Positions 50,382-59,819 of a stretch of DNA of 64,000 nt are shown here, in pieces. The stretch is from Candidatus Poribacteria bacterium (GTDB lineage: Bacteria; Poribacteria; WGA-4E; PCPOR2b), in the NCBI GenBank assembly GCA_965116925.1, contig OZ220744.1, positions 4,864,001 through 4,928,000 on the forward strand, in the 5' to 3' direction. Numbering within the stretch: position 1 is the first letter of the stretch; each line of letters starts with the position of its first letter. Below the pieces are notes generated by a model that had not been told where the DNA came from, ran no database searches, and saw only the letters and a list, made by a program, of their open reading frames with translations. Position numbers and translations under genes: made by a program.

Positions 50382-51104
50382 TCACCTGAGTTCATACATC
50401 ACCGATGCTACGCTGACGATTGCAGCGGTTTCTGTGCGTAAGATGTTATTGCCAAACGTTGCAGACACGCAGCCGTTTTGAAGTGCCAACCCTACCTCTT
50501 CGTCTGTAAATCCCCCTTCGGGTCCCACAAAAATCCCAACTGATTTTGCCTCTCCATGATTTTGTAATATTTCCTTGAGTCCTTGCCGTTTTTCGCCCTC
50601 CCACAGAAGAATTAACAGATCCAAGTGGTATACCCTTCCAAGACACTCTTCCAACCTCTGAGGCGCAAATACGTGAGCGAAATGGGGACGCTTACACTGT
50701 TTGGCGGCTTCGTTTGCGATCCGTTGCCAGCGTACCGTCCGTTTCTCCTGAACAACCGATTTCGGTATTGAACGCTGGCAGATCATCGGCGCGATCTCAT
50801 CTACGCCAATCTCGGTCGTTTTCTGGACGATTAGATCCATTTTGTCAAATTTGGGCAAACCTTGAAATAGGGTGATATGCGGTGGGGTGTGTGGGTGAAA
50901 TTGATGCTGGAGGATTTTCGCCTGTAGCGGGGAAGTACGGGTATCACAGAGCGAGGCAAGATAACAGTTGCCCTCTCCGTCAAAGACTTCAACTTGGTCG
51001 TCAACTTTCAGGCGCAGTACGTTGAGCAGGTGATGTCGCTCGGATTCGCTGATACGAATGGTGCCATCGGAGATTTGCGCGGGTGGAACATAGCAGCTGT
51101 GCAT
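50382..51104 (-). CDS. rsmE: 16S rRNA m3U1498 methyltransferase
   Basis: HLLNVLR, QKTTEIG, EAAKQC, GPEGGF and ILRTETA motifs. Confidence 0.95.
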   Translation of the reverse strand: MHSCYVPPAQISDGTIRISESERHHLLNVLRLKVDDQVEVFDGEGNCYLASLCDTRTSPLQAKILQHQFHPHTPPHITLFQGLPKFDKMDLIVQKTTEIGVDEIAPMICQRSIPKSVVQEKRTVRWQRIANEAAKQCKRPHFAHVFAPQRLEECLGRVYHLDLLILLWEGEKRQGLKEILQNHGEAKSVGIFVGPEGGFTDEEVGLALQNGCVSATFGNNILRTETAAIVSVASVMYELR

Positions 51105-51148
51105 GGGTTGGTTCTGCCGGAGATTAGGGCGCGCTGAAGAATTGCCCT

Positions 51149-51643
51149 TTACATCGGTCCGAAATGCTCTTTAATTGCCTCCTCCCCAAAGTCGAAAACT
51201 TGCCTAGCAATCTCTAAGAGATCGGGCCCAAAACGAGAATTGGCGACGGCTTGTCTAGCTTCCTCTCCGCCGAAGCGATCCAACAACAAGAGAAAACATC
51301 CAATCAAAAGCGCACTAGATACTACTCCAAAAGCACCTCCGATGATGTGGTTGACCCATCCTAAGACGCCACGCTCTACGACTTTCTGAATGTGACTAAA
51401 TACCATATCAATCACGATGCTCACAGCGGCGACGATAGCGATAATGCTGATCCACTTGGCGAGGGGTTCTTGCTTTATGAAGCGGAGGAGGAAGGGGGTC
51501 AGATCTTGCCAGACTTGGCTAGCGACGAATGCACCAGCAGACAGGGCAGCAATTCCCCAGACGCTCCGTGTAAAGCCTGCCCGTAGGCAGCTCAGACCAC
51601 CTACACCAGCAATGACTACGATGGCTATATCAATTTTTCCCAT
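51149..51643 (-). CDS. CvpA (colicin V production) family membrane protein
   Basis: ID..I...GF..S; LGWVNHIIGGAFG; four TM segments. Confidence 0.75.
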   Translation of the reverse strand: MGKIDIAIVVIAGVGGLSCLRAGFTRSVWGIAALSAGAFVASQVWQDLTPFLLRFIKQEPLAKWISIIAIVAAVSIVIDMVFSHIQKVVERGVLGWVNHIIGGAFGVVSSALLIGCFLLLLDRFGGEEARQAVANSRFGPDLLEIARQVFDFGEEAIKEHFGPM

Positions 51644-51654
51644 GACTAATCCTC

Positions 51655-52755
51655 CTAGACGGTCAAATGCTCCACGCTTGAAGCACCGACAACTTCTTCC
51701 TCTGTTTTTCCGAACACCTCTTGAAATGCTGTATCGGTCGATTTTTCGCCGCCAAGGTGTTTGAGAACATCTCGGAGCGCAGCAAAACCGAACTGCTGTA
51801 TCAAGTATTTGGTGACTGCGTAGGACTGGAGGTATGCTAAATGGCGTTGCTTTTCCGGAAGGTTCCGAAACGGTTTTTGCAGGAGGTGGAGAGATAAGAG
51901 ATGTTTATCTCGACTTGCTTGTTGCAAGCGAGTCTTCTCGGAGTTCATCAACGGGCGTGCGACAAATTGAGCGAGTCCTTCGTCAAGCCAGTTGGGACAC
52001 CGCCCATGCGTTAATAGGTCAACGAGCAGATGTGCCCATTCGTGACGGATGACTGCGTATAAAACGCCGATACTAGAATCGCTATAAGGACGGTAAGTTA
52101 GTCGAATGCTTCCATTGTCGTAGCAGGCGACCGCCCACCGTGGGAGAGAGACATCCGAAAACAGCGTGTGATTCCCAACTTCAACTAGAGATGCTGCGCT
52201 GACCATCGGATTTATAGCCTGTGGCGTATCCATTTGCTTGACATCTTCAATGGAAACAGGAACCTTGTATTGCGGATGACATTGGAAAATTTTGCCGATC
52301 TCATGATAGGTGTGTTCGATGATTTGGGATACGACGAATAATAAATTCTGTGGGATTGTGCGCCCGCCGGTAAGGGTGAAGAATTCGTGTTCAATTGTGG
52401 GGCTGCTTCGCTGAACGGAATCGGTTAGCTGATGTTGGTGGACGGTATCAAGAACTAGATTTAGTTCATCAGTTAAACTATCATAAACACCTTTCTCTTC
52501 GAGAATGCGTTCCTTACGGCGAAGGGCGGTTGGATAACCGGGGCGTAGTTTTAGCGCAGTCTCCAGCGATTCAATTGCCTGATTCCAGCGCCCTAACTTT
52601 TCATACGCCTTCGCTAAGTCTGCATACGCCTCCACACACATCGGATCGATCTCTAAGCCCGCCAGATAATATTCAACGGCTTGGGCATAGTGAACTTGCC
52701 GATAAAGATTTGCAGCACGGTTAAAATGGGCGAAAGCAGCTTGTCTCTGACTCAT
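51655..52755 (-). CDS. TPR + peptidase MA-like (zincin) protein
   Basis: N-terminal TPRs; HEWAH and PNWLDEGLA motifs. Confidence 0.82.
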   Translation of the reverse strand: MSQRQAAFAHFNRAANLYRQVHYAQAVEYYLAGLEIDPMCVEAYADLAKAYEKLGRWNQAIESLETALKLRPGYPTALRRKERILEEKGVYDSLTDELNLVLDTVHQHQLTDSVQRSSPTIEHEFFTLTGGRTIPQNLLFVVSQIIEHTYHEIGKIFQCHPQYKVPVSIEDVKQMDTPQAINPMVSAASLVEVGNHTLFSDVSLPRWAVACYDNGSIRLTYRPYSDSSIGVLYAVIRHEWAHLLVDLLTHGRCPNWLDEGLAQFVARPLMNSEKTRLQQASRDKHLLSLHLLQKPFRNLPEKQRHLAYLQSYAVTKYLIQQFGFAALRDVLKHLGGEKSTDTAFQEVFGKTEEEVVGASSVEHLTV

Positions 52756-52880
52756 GAGTGGCTGATGAGGATTAAACTCCTCCTCCTAATTCAATCATCA
52801 GGATATGGGCAGGAGTCATGCAATATTTAATATTGGCTTAGGTCAGAATATTATATCCTAGGTTATCAAAAATTCAAAGA

Positions 52881-52935
52881 GAAAAAAATACCGCATTCCT
52901 CTCTCCGCTTGACAGCAGGAAGAAAAATGCGGTAT
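52881..52935 (-). terminator. Probable terminator after the ECF-FHA pair
   Basis: ataccgcatt/aatgcggtat stem with an A tract on plus strand. Confidence 0.45.
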
Positions 52936-53024
52936 GTCTATCATGGGCAGTATATCGTATATGCCCGAATCTATCTGTTTATTTTTATTGCACTGCATCA
53001 CGAAATCGCAGACAGACTCATCGA

Positions 53025-54128
53025 CTAAATGTGTTCGATGTGCGTGACTTCACAGACAATTCCACTGAACTCAATGTGCGTGCCTGGCTCAACGACGGTT
53101 GGCTCCTCTATACGAAAACCATCAACATAAGTCCCATTTTTGCTACCGAGATCGGTAAGATATACCTCGCCGTTTTTCAGATTGAACCGAGCATGCAGAC
53201 GGGAGAGGGTTCCTGTTGAATCAGCAAATTTGATTTGCGCCGCTGCGCTGCGCCCGACTGTCATTTCTTTGAAATGGACCCAGTGAACCTGCCCGACATC
53301 GGGTCCTTCTACGATTTCAAAGGAGACGCCAAGGACACTGGCATCCCGCCGAAACGCAGCCACTTCAAGCACCTGTCCACCAATCTGTACCCTAGATGCA
53401 ACATGAAGTGGTGTTGGTTCAGTAATCTTGGCACCATCAACGGACGTGCCGCTATCGTTGTCAAGATTTGTGATTAGTAACTCATCGTCATCAACGGTGA
53501 GCAACGCATGATGTTGTGATACAGGGGTGTTGGCATCTAACTGGACAGCTACCTCCTCCCCGCATCCGATAATCATAGGTTGGAAAGAGATGTCATACTC
53601 ACGTCCAGCTTCGTTGCCCTGCACAACCTTCAATTTCAGGTGACACGCCTCTACTGGAGACGTTGCCGATTCGCCCTTTTCACCATCAAGGATAACTGTC
53701 TCATTAAGCGGGTCCACCGCTTCAGGAATCGGCGGCGGCAGGTCACCGGAAATATGTGGTAAGACAAGTTCGCTATCACTTCCGACCAGATCCGGACTGT
53801 AAGCTGGCTGCAAGCCGAGTTCATCTCCTGACAGTACGTCATCCTCCACAGCATTACGACCAATTAGCTTCATCAAATTGTTAGCGATGCGTCGTTTTGC
53901 TCCAGGAAGCGGGGTGACGTTTTCTCTTTCCTCAAAACGGTGATGTGCAAAATCGATGAGCTCTTTCAAAGGGTCCAATTCTGGATATTGCTCGCTCGCT
54001 TTTAACAGCCGGGTTTGTTTGCGGGATAGCCTTTCTCCCCGGATTCTGCGTGTATGAATTTCTAGCATCTCCGCTTTTCTAACTTCATCTTTACTGAAAT
54101 TTTGTGTGACTTTTTTCCAAAATTTCAT
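53025..54128 (-). CDS. Double FHA-domain protein with helical N-terminus
   Basis: FHA2 VGRS...LSRLHA...DLGSKNGTYVDG; degenerate FHA1 IGCG...VSQHHA; AGGGGG RBS before ATG 54128. Confidence 0.85.
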   Translation of the reverse strand: MKFWKKVTQNFSKDEVRKAEMLEIHTRRIRGERLSRKQTRLLKASEQYPELDPLKELIDFAHHRFEERENVTPLPGAKRRIANNLMKLIGRNAVEDDVLSGDELGLQPAYSPDLVGSDSELVLPHISGDLPPPIPEAVDPLNETVILDGEKGESATSPVEACHLKLKVVQGNEAGREYDISFQPMIIGCGEEVAVQLDANTPVSQHHALLTVDDDELLITNLDNDSGTSVDGAKITEPTPLHVASRVQIGGQVLEVAAFRRDASVLGVSFEIVEGPDVGQVHWVHFKEMTVGRSAAAQIKFADSTGTLSRLHARFNLKNGEVYLTDLGSKNGTYVDGFRIEEPTVVEPGTHIEFSGIVCEVTHIEHI

Positions 54129-54145
54129 TGTAGCCCCCCTAATCA

Positions 54146-54754
54146 TTAAACCCATTTTAGACCCTTTCTGGTAAGAATTTGGCGCAATTCCTCAGTGCAA
54201 CGGAAGATCCAGATTTTCACGGTACCTTCCTTACGCTGGAGCGTTTGCGAAATCTCGGCAATACTACACCCCTCCAGATGGCGTAGAATCCAAGCAATTC
54301 GGTGATTTGGCTTTTTCACCATCTGGAGTGCCCATTCAAGAATCTCTTGAGCTTCTCGGGATTCGACCTGTTTTTCAGGCGTTGGTCGCTGGTCTTGGTA
54401 TTCAACAAGTGGCAATTCAGATTCATCCTCCATACTTAAAAGTGCCTCGCGAATTCTTTCTTTTTTGCGGATTGCATCAATTATTGTGTTTTTTGCAACA
54501 ACATTCAACCACGCTTGAAAACTACCTTGAACAGTATCCCACTTCTCAATCTTCTGCCACACTTTCATAAAGATATCTAAGGATATTTCCTCCGTATCCT
54601 GATGATTGCACAGCATTCGATATGTTTTACTATAAACCCAGTTGTAATGTTTATCAAACAACGATCGAAAAGCCTCTTCGTTCCCAGCCTTTGTCAACGT
54701 TGCGAGTTGTGTATCTTCTTGATCCGATAGGTCATCGGTCATTTTATCTATCAC
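54146..54754 (-). CDS. ECF sigma factor (sigma70 family)
   Basis: AF..LF..H, SFQAWL.V.AKN..ID..RK and EG.SIAEIS...GTVK motifs. Confidence 0.92.
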   Translation of the reverse strand: MIDKMTDDLSDQEDTQLATLTKAGNEEAFRSLFDKHYNWVYSKTYRMLCNHQDTEEISLDIFMKVWQKIEKWDTVQGSFQAWLNVVAKNTIIDAIRKKERIREALLSMEDESELPLVEYQDQRPTPEKQVESREAQEILEWALQMVKKPNHRIAWILRHLEGCSIAEISQTLQRKEGTVKIWIFRCTEELRQILTRKGLKWV

Positions 54755-54925
54755 AGTAAGCGCCTCCTTGTCCCTATCGTTTCCAAGATCGTATTATCCT
54801 AAACGTTATCAGGGAAGAATCTGTTTCAGAAATTATCAAGTTTAACTAGAAGTTCCAAAAGTTCCAAATCTTCGCAAGATTCGATGGACGAAATTTGGCG
54901 CAACTTGAGACGTGAAAGCGGAATT

Positions 54926-55486
54926 TCACGCCGCCATTAATAATGTGACTGCTGTTTTCAAAGCGTCTTGCTCTATCCTTAGTTTCGCGAGTTCAGCCTC
55001 ACGCTTCACATATAAGACCGTGTTCTCAAGGTTCATCGGACCCGTGATCTCTTGGATAATTTTATGCAAGCGTTTGATATCCGTTTTCTTGAGGCTTGTT
55101 TCCTTTTCCACCTCGGCATATAGCTCGTCGGCACTCTTGGGCGGTGCCTGTTGTCGTGGCGATGATTTTCTCTTCGCCGTTGGTACGCTCTTCCGTGCAG
55201 TTCGGGTAGATCGCTTTCGTGTGGTAGCCTTTTTAATCTTTCCTTCTTCGATCGCGTTTATCCCACAATCCTTGCACAGCTTTGCGGTCACCGGCTCAAT
55301 CGTCATCGTCACAACCAGATCCGTGATTGACCCACAAACCTCACATTCAGTAAGCCCTTCGATATGTGTAAGGATTGCCCCTTGCAGCTTGAGCAGCTTT
55401 TCCTTGTCTGCTTTGTTCGTCCGTTTTTGCTCACAGATCTGGATAATCTCTTGCGCTGCCTGAGCAATCTGTTGTAAATCAGCCAT
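54926..55486 (-). CDS. Hypothetical protein with CxxC..CxxC zinc finger and basic linker
   Basis: CEVC...CKDC; K/R-rich stretch; AGGAGG RBS. Confidence 0.65.
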   Translation of the reverse strand: MADLQQIAQAAQEIIQICEQKRTNKADKEKLLKLQGAILTHIEGLTECEVCGSITDLVVTMTIEPVTAKLCKDCGINAIEEGKIKKATTRKRSTRTARKSVPTAKRKSSPRQQAPPKSADELYAEVEKETSLKKTDIKRLHKIIQEITGPMNLENTVLYVKREAELAKLRIEQDALKTAVTLLMAA

Positions 55487-55527
55487 TTGAAACCTCCTGT
55501 CGGTTAAACTATCGAATTGTTATATAT

Positions 55528-55556
55528 ATTATAACAAATAGAAGCGTTTCTGTCAA
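55528..55556 (-). promoter_or_regulatory. Consensus sigma70 promoter
   Basis: TTGACA-17-TATAAT with TG extended -10. Confidence 0.75.
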
Positions 55557-55620
55557 ACATTAAGACTGATTTGAGAGGTGATTTTTCTCGCTCTGTTGGC
55601 GGATTATCACGCATCACGTT

Positions 55621-57189
55621 TTACGCTTCACGACTGTCTTTATAGAGTTTGTATTCCAAGCTATCCGTGAGGGCTTCCCAGCTCGCCTGTATGATATTTT
55701 CCGATACGCCAACCGTACCCCAGTGCTCCCGCCCATCACTTGCTTCAATCAGCACACGCACTTTTGCGCCGGTGCCGGCTTGAGTGTCCAAAACGCGTAC
55801 CTTATAGTCGGTAAGATGGACATCCTGTAGCGAAGGATAGAAACGCTCAAGCGCTTTGCGCAGAGCACTGTCGAGGGCATTGACGGGACCATCACCATCG
55901 GCGGCGGTGTGTTCGACCTCGCCATCGGGTGCCATTACTTTAATCGTCGCTTCAGACCGGATGCCGTGGTCTTTGACTTTTTCAATAATCACGCGAAATC
56001 CGAGCAGATCGAAAAATGGTTGATAGCTGTCCAAGAGTGTACGGGTCAGCAGCTCAAACGAGGCATCGGCGGCTTCATACTGATAGCCTTCATTTTCCGC
56101 CTCTTTCAACCGATCAAAAAGGGCGATAACTTCCGGCGAATTCTTGTCGTAATTTGGATAGTGTCTTTCGATCTTCTTTAGGATAGCACTTTTACCAGCC
56201 TGATCCGAGATTAGGATGCGTTGTTCATTGCCAACCAGCTCCGGATCTATATGTTCAAAGGTGCGCGGATTCTTGCGCACAGCGTCAATGTGCATACCGC
56301 CTTTGTGGGCGAAAGCGGAACTCCCGACGTACGGCTGACGCTCGTCGTGCGGCAGGTTCGCCAATTCACTGACGAGGCGCGATGTTTCCGTCAGTTGGCT
56401 GAGTCCCTCCTCGCTGATGCAGTCGATCCCTAGCTTGAGTTTGAGTGTCGGGATGATAGAGGCGAGATTTGCATTGCCGCAGCGTTCTCCGTAACCGTTG
56501 AATGTTCCCTGCACATGCGCTGCCCCCGCCTGCACAGCAAGAACAGTGTTTGCGACCCCCACTCCAGCATCGTTATGGGTGTGGATACCGACCGGCAGAT
56601 TAATCTCTGCCATGACTGCCCGCACACCTTCCTGAATTTCTAGAGGCAATCGCCCTCCGTTCGTGTCGCATAACACAACGCATCTTGCGCCGCCTCGTGC
56701 TGCCGCTTTGAGTGTTTGCAAAGCGTAATCCGGTTGGTCGTCATATCCATCGAAGAAGTGTTCTGCGTCGTAGATGACCTCGCGTCCGTTCTCGACCAGA
56801 AAACGGACTGAACTTTCGATGAGTTCAATGTTTTCCTGTGCTGTGACACGAAGCACATCTGTCGCGTGGAGTTCCCAAGTCTTTCCGAAAATCGTGACGG
56901 TGCGGGCACCTGTATCTAGCAACGCTAGCAGATTGGGGTCCTCGCTGGGTTGATAGCGCGGATGGCGCGTACTGCCGAAAGGCACGACTACCGCCTGCTG
57001 GAGTTCGAGCGACTTCGCACCTTTGAAAAATTCTATATCTTTTGGATTCGAGCCGGGATATCCACCCTCAATGTAATGGATTCCCAAACGGTCAAGGGCT
57101 TTGATGATGAGTAGCTTGTCCTCAACGGAGAAAGCGACCCCTTCCCCTTGATTTCCGTCTCTGAGTGTTGTATCGTAAAGTTCAAGCAT
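55621..57189 (-). CDS. cimA: Citramalate synthase
   Basis: DTTLRDG.Q.EG, GG.PGSNPKD, DAEHFFDG, HTHND, GERCGN, AHKGG; GAGGAGG RBS before ATG 57189. Confidence 0.93.
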   Translation of the reverse strand: MLELYDTTLRDGNQGEGVAFSVEDKLLIIKALDRLGIHYIEGGYPGSNPKDIEFFKGAKSLELQQAVVVPFGSTRHPRYQPSEDPNLLALLDTGARTVTIFGKTWELHATDVLRVTAQENIELIESSVRFLVENGREVIYDAEHFFDGYDDQPDYALQTLKAAARGGARCVVLCDTNGGRLPLEIQEGVRAVMAEINLPVGIHTHNDAGVGVANTVLAVQAGAAHVQGTFNGYGERCGNANLASIIPTLKLKLGIDCISEEGLSQLTETSRLVSELANLPHDERQPYVGSSAFAHKGGMHIDAVRKNPRTFEHIDPELVGNEQRILISDQAGKSAILKKIERHYPNYDKNSPEVIALFDRLKEAENEGYQYEAADASFELLTRTLLDSYQPFFDLLGFRVIIEKVKDHGIRSEATIKVMAPDGEVEHTAADGDGPVNALDSALRKALERFYPSLQDVHLTDYKVRVLDTQAGTGAKVRVLIEASDGREHWGTVGVSENIIQASWEALTDSLEYKLYKDSREA

Positions 57190-57227
57190 GTTGCTTGTGT
57201 TTCCTCCTCGTTTGCGGATACTGTGTA

Positions 57228-57545
57228 TTATTTCCCCATCTGTAGCTGGTGTGATTTTGCCATCGCGTCTTCCGCTTCCTGAATCATCCCTTTGCGCTGG
57301 TAACACATCGATAAACTGGTGTAATTGAGTGGATCGGTTGGGTCAATCTCGATTGCTTTTTTGATCGCCTCAATTGCCTCGTCATATCTGCTCATCCGTT
57401 CGTATGCGTGTCCAAGTCCAATATGTCCGTCCACATAATCGGGGTATTGTTCGAGGAGTGTATTGAACACAGTCACCGCCGCCTCAAGTTCATTGTTCCC
57501 AAAATGTGTTAAAGCCTGATCGTAAAGTTCCTCTTTTGTTGCCAT
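57228..57545 (-). CDS. Small TPR protein
   Basis: Two to three TPR repeats. Confidence 0.8.
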   Translation of the reverse strand: MATKEELYDQALTHFGNNELEAAVTVFNTLLEQYPDYVDGHIGLGHAYERMSRYDEAIEAIKKAIEIDPTDPLNYTSLSMCYQRKGMIQEAEDAMAKSHQLQMGK

Positions 57546-57626
57546 ATTTTTTCTCGCTTTCGCTTGTCCCGACGTGTCGGGATCCCGCTCCCATTCGGTT
57601 CGTGTGAATCGGTGGATAACCTATTC

Positions 57627-57655
57627 ATTATACTTTTGACAGGTGGGAATGTCAA
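57627..57655 (-). promoter_or_regulatory. Consensus sigma70 promoter for the TPR-cimA operon
   Basis: TTGACA-17-TATAAT on minus strand. Confidence 0.75.
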
Positions 57656-57673
57656 GGTAGGAGGGCCGAATAC

Positions 57674-57794
57674 TAGGGTCATTTAATTCTCCCATAGCTC
57701 GATCCCCCGGTTAAGGCTACGGCGGGGCAAGATGCCCCGCCTACGGATTCGGGTCAACTCGAACGGTCAAAAAGCGAAAAACTAAATGACCCTA
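57674..57794. mobile_element. MITE (121 bp) with perfect 12-bp TIRs and a 9-bp TSD
   Basis: tagggtcattta/taaatgacccta; gccgaatac at 57665-57673 and 57795-57803; same hairpin core as 4684. Confidence 0.88.
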
Positions 57795-57835
57795 GCCGAA
57801 TACAGAAATATGCAGCTGTACATTGGATTCACCAT

Positions 57836-57864
57836 TTGACTCACATCTGTAACTATGCTATAAT
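57836..57864 (+). promoter_or_regulatory. sigma70 promoter for the aldolase gene
   Basis: TTGACT-17-TATAAT with TG extended -10. Confidence 0.7.
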
Positions 57865-57941
57865 TTTTTTCTGTATTGATGAATCTTTTGAGCGATCGAA
57901 ATCGCTAGTCGAACTAGTTATTTTTTTTAGAGAGGTTAATT

Positions 57942-58820
57942 ATGCCGAAGCGAGTGAACAAAGCAATTGAACTGCTTGAGCAAGATCAGCCCGTCTACTA
58001 TACAGGCAGCCACACAGGTGCCAATCTCACCTATGAGGCTGGCAAGGAGATGGCAAAAACATGGGCAGACTACATCAACATCGGTATGGAGCATGGTCCC
58101 CTCGATTTCGTAGGTCTGGCGAATTTTATGCGTGGACTTGTGGACGGTGGACCGACCAACAGCGGGCACCTGACACCGGCAGTCGTTGTAGAGCTGCCGA
58201 TGGACGGTTCAAGTCCTGATGTTATGCGAGCGAATGCGTGGCAGCTCAGGCAGCTATTGGCGATAGGTGTACACGGTCTGCTTCTGTGTCATGCGGAGTC
58301 CCCAGAAGCGGTGAAAGCATTTGTTGAATGCTGCCGGTATCCGTTTCAGACGATTGGCGTCGGCACGCAACTGGATGTCGGACGCAGGGGTTCAGCGGGA
58401 CAGGGATCGGCGGCACCGATTTGGGGCATTTCTGTCGATGATTACCTAGGAAAAGCTGACCCTTGGCCCCTTAACCCCGATGGTGAACTCATGCTTGGGT
58501 TGAAGATCGAGAATGTGCGAGCAATCGCTAATACTGAAATGACGCTTCGTGTGCCCGGTATCGCCTTTGCCGAATGGGGCCCTGGGGATCTCGGTATGTC
58601 GTTCGGTTACAAGAACACCCCAAGTCCGCGGCCGCCTGAAATGACCGAAGCGAGAGAACGGGTATACACTGCATGTAAGGAGACGGGTGTCGCATTCTTG
58701 GAAGGTGGTAGTATAGAGACGCTCCCAGAGAGAATTGATGGGGGTGTGAGGATTATGGGAGGCAGTCCTGAAATAGCAGAGGCTGGCAGGGCTTATAGTG
58801 GCAGGACGATGCCTGTCTAA
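57942..58820 (+). CDS. HpcH/HpaI aldolase family protein
   Basis: MEHGP, LKIE and GPGDLGMS motifs. Confidence 0.8.
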   Translation: MPKRVNKAIELLEQDQPVYYTGSHTGANLTYEAGKEMAKTWADYINIGMEHGPLDFVGLANFMRGLVDGGPTNSGHLTPAVVVELPMDGSSPDVMRANAWQLRQLLAIGVHGLLLCHAESPEAVKAFVECCRYPFQTIGVGTQLDVGRRGSAGQGSAAPIWGISVDDYLGKADPWPLNPDGELMLGLKIENVRAIANTEMTLRVPGIAFAEWGPGDLGMSFGYKNTPSPRPPEMTEARERVYTACKETGVAFLEGGSIETLPERIDGGVRIMGGSPEIAEAGRAYSGRTMPV

Positions 58821-58965
58821 GTTAAAGATGTGGATTGTGGGACAGAGCGCGTGTGTATACCGCGCCTTATCGTGAAACGTGATGCGTGAAACGTGAAGTC
58901 GCTGCATTCAGGTTTTGCGTTTTACGCTGCATGTTTCTTGACGGTACTCTAAACAGGAGAAGCAG

Positions 58966-59721
58966 ATGGACAGCGATGTCGAAACTGCCATAGATTGCTT
59001 GGCTACTTACGGCTACTGCCTGCTTGAAGATCGCCTCCCCGAAGACACAGCACGCAGCATGGCGGAACGGTTCCTCGAATTGCACACCGATCCGAAGTGT
59101 CAAATCTATAATACGGGTGATGAATACTATCAGACGCTATTCGGCATGATGAATCTGGATGACCGTGTTTGGATGTGTGCGAGCCACCCGGACACGGTGA
59201 CGGTTGCGCGGCATTTTCTGGGGCAGAATTGTCGGGTGGTTGAAGCGTGCTCCAAGCCGACGTGGCCCGGTGCGCCGGGGCAGCATCTGCATGTGGATTC
59301 TGCCGGTCAATTCCATGAAGTGCCGGACGTGCCGTGGATTATCAACAGTATCTGGATGTTGACGGACTTTACGGAGGAGAACGGTGCAACGGGTGTCGTG
59401 CCTATGAGTCACCGTTCACGTCGGAGGACCCCGCCATCGGACATCACTTCAGACAGCCCGCTAATTAAGCCGATTACCGGCAGAGCAGGCTCGGTTATTA
59501 TGTGGCATGGCGGCACCTACCACCAAGCCCGTGCCAATACCAGCGATCAGATCCGTGTCGGATTGAATATCGCCTACTACCCACCGTGGTTCAACAACTG
59601 GATTGAAGGCGGTCATCAACCGATTTGGCCCGAAACGTATGAGCGGATGCCGCCGGAGATGCAGCAACTTTGCCCCGGTCTTTTGGGACACAACCGTGCG
59701 GACAGGTATGAAACCTTATAA
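58966..59721 (+). CDS. Phytanoyl-CoA dioxygenase (PhyH) family protein
   Basis: QHLHVD, LTDFTEENGAT..VP.SH and H....N.S...R motifs. Confidence 0.88.
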   Translation: MDSDVETAIDCLATYGYCLLEDRLPEDTARSMAERFLELHTDPKCQIYNTGDEYYQTLFGMMNLDDRVWMCASHPDTVTVARHFLGQNCRVVEACSKPTWPGAPGQHLHVDSAGQFHEVPDVPWIINSIWMLTDFTEENGATGVVPMSHRSRRRTPPSDITSDSPLIKPITGRAGSVIMWHGGTYHQARANTSDQIRVGLNIAYYPPWFNNWIEGGHQPIWPETYERMPPEMQQLCPGLLGHNRADRYETL

Positions 59722-59819
59722 TTATTGGTGCTAGTTTGTAGCTGTTGATACCGTCTCCAGTTAAGGACCGAAAGTGAAACGTGATGCGTGAAACGTGAGA
59801 ACAATACGACTTATCCTAC

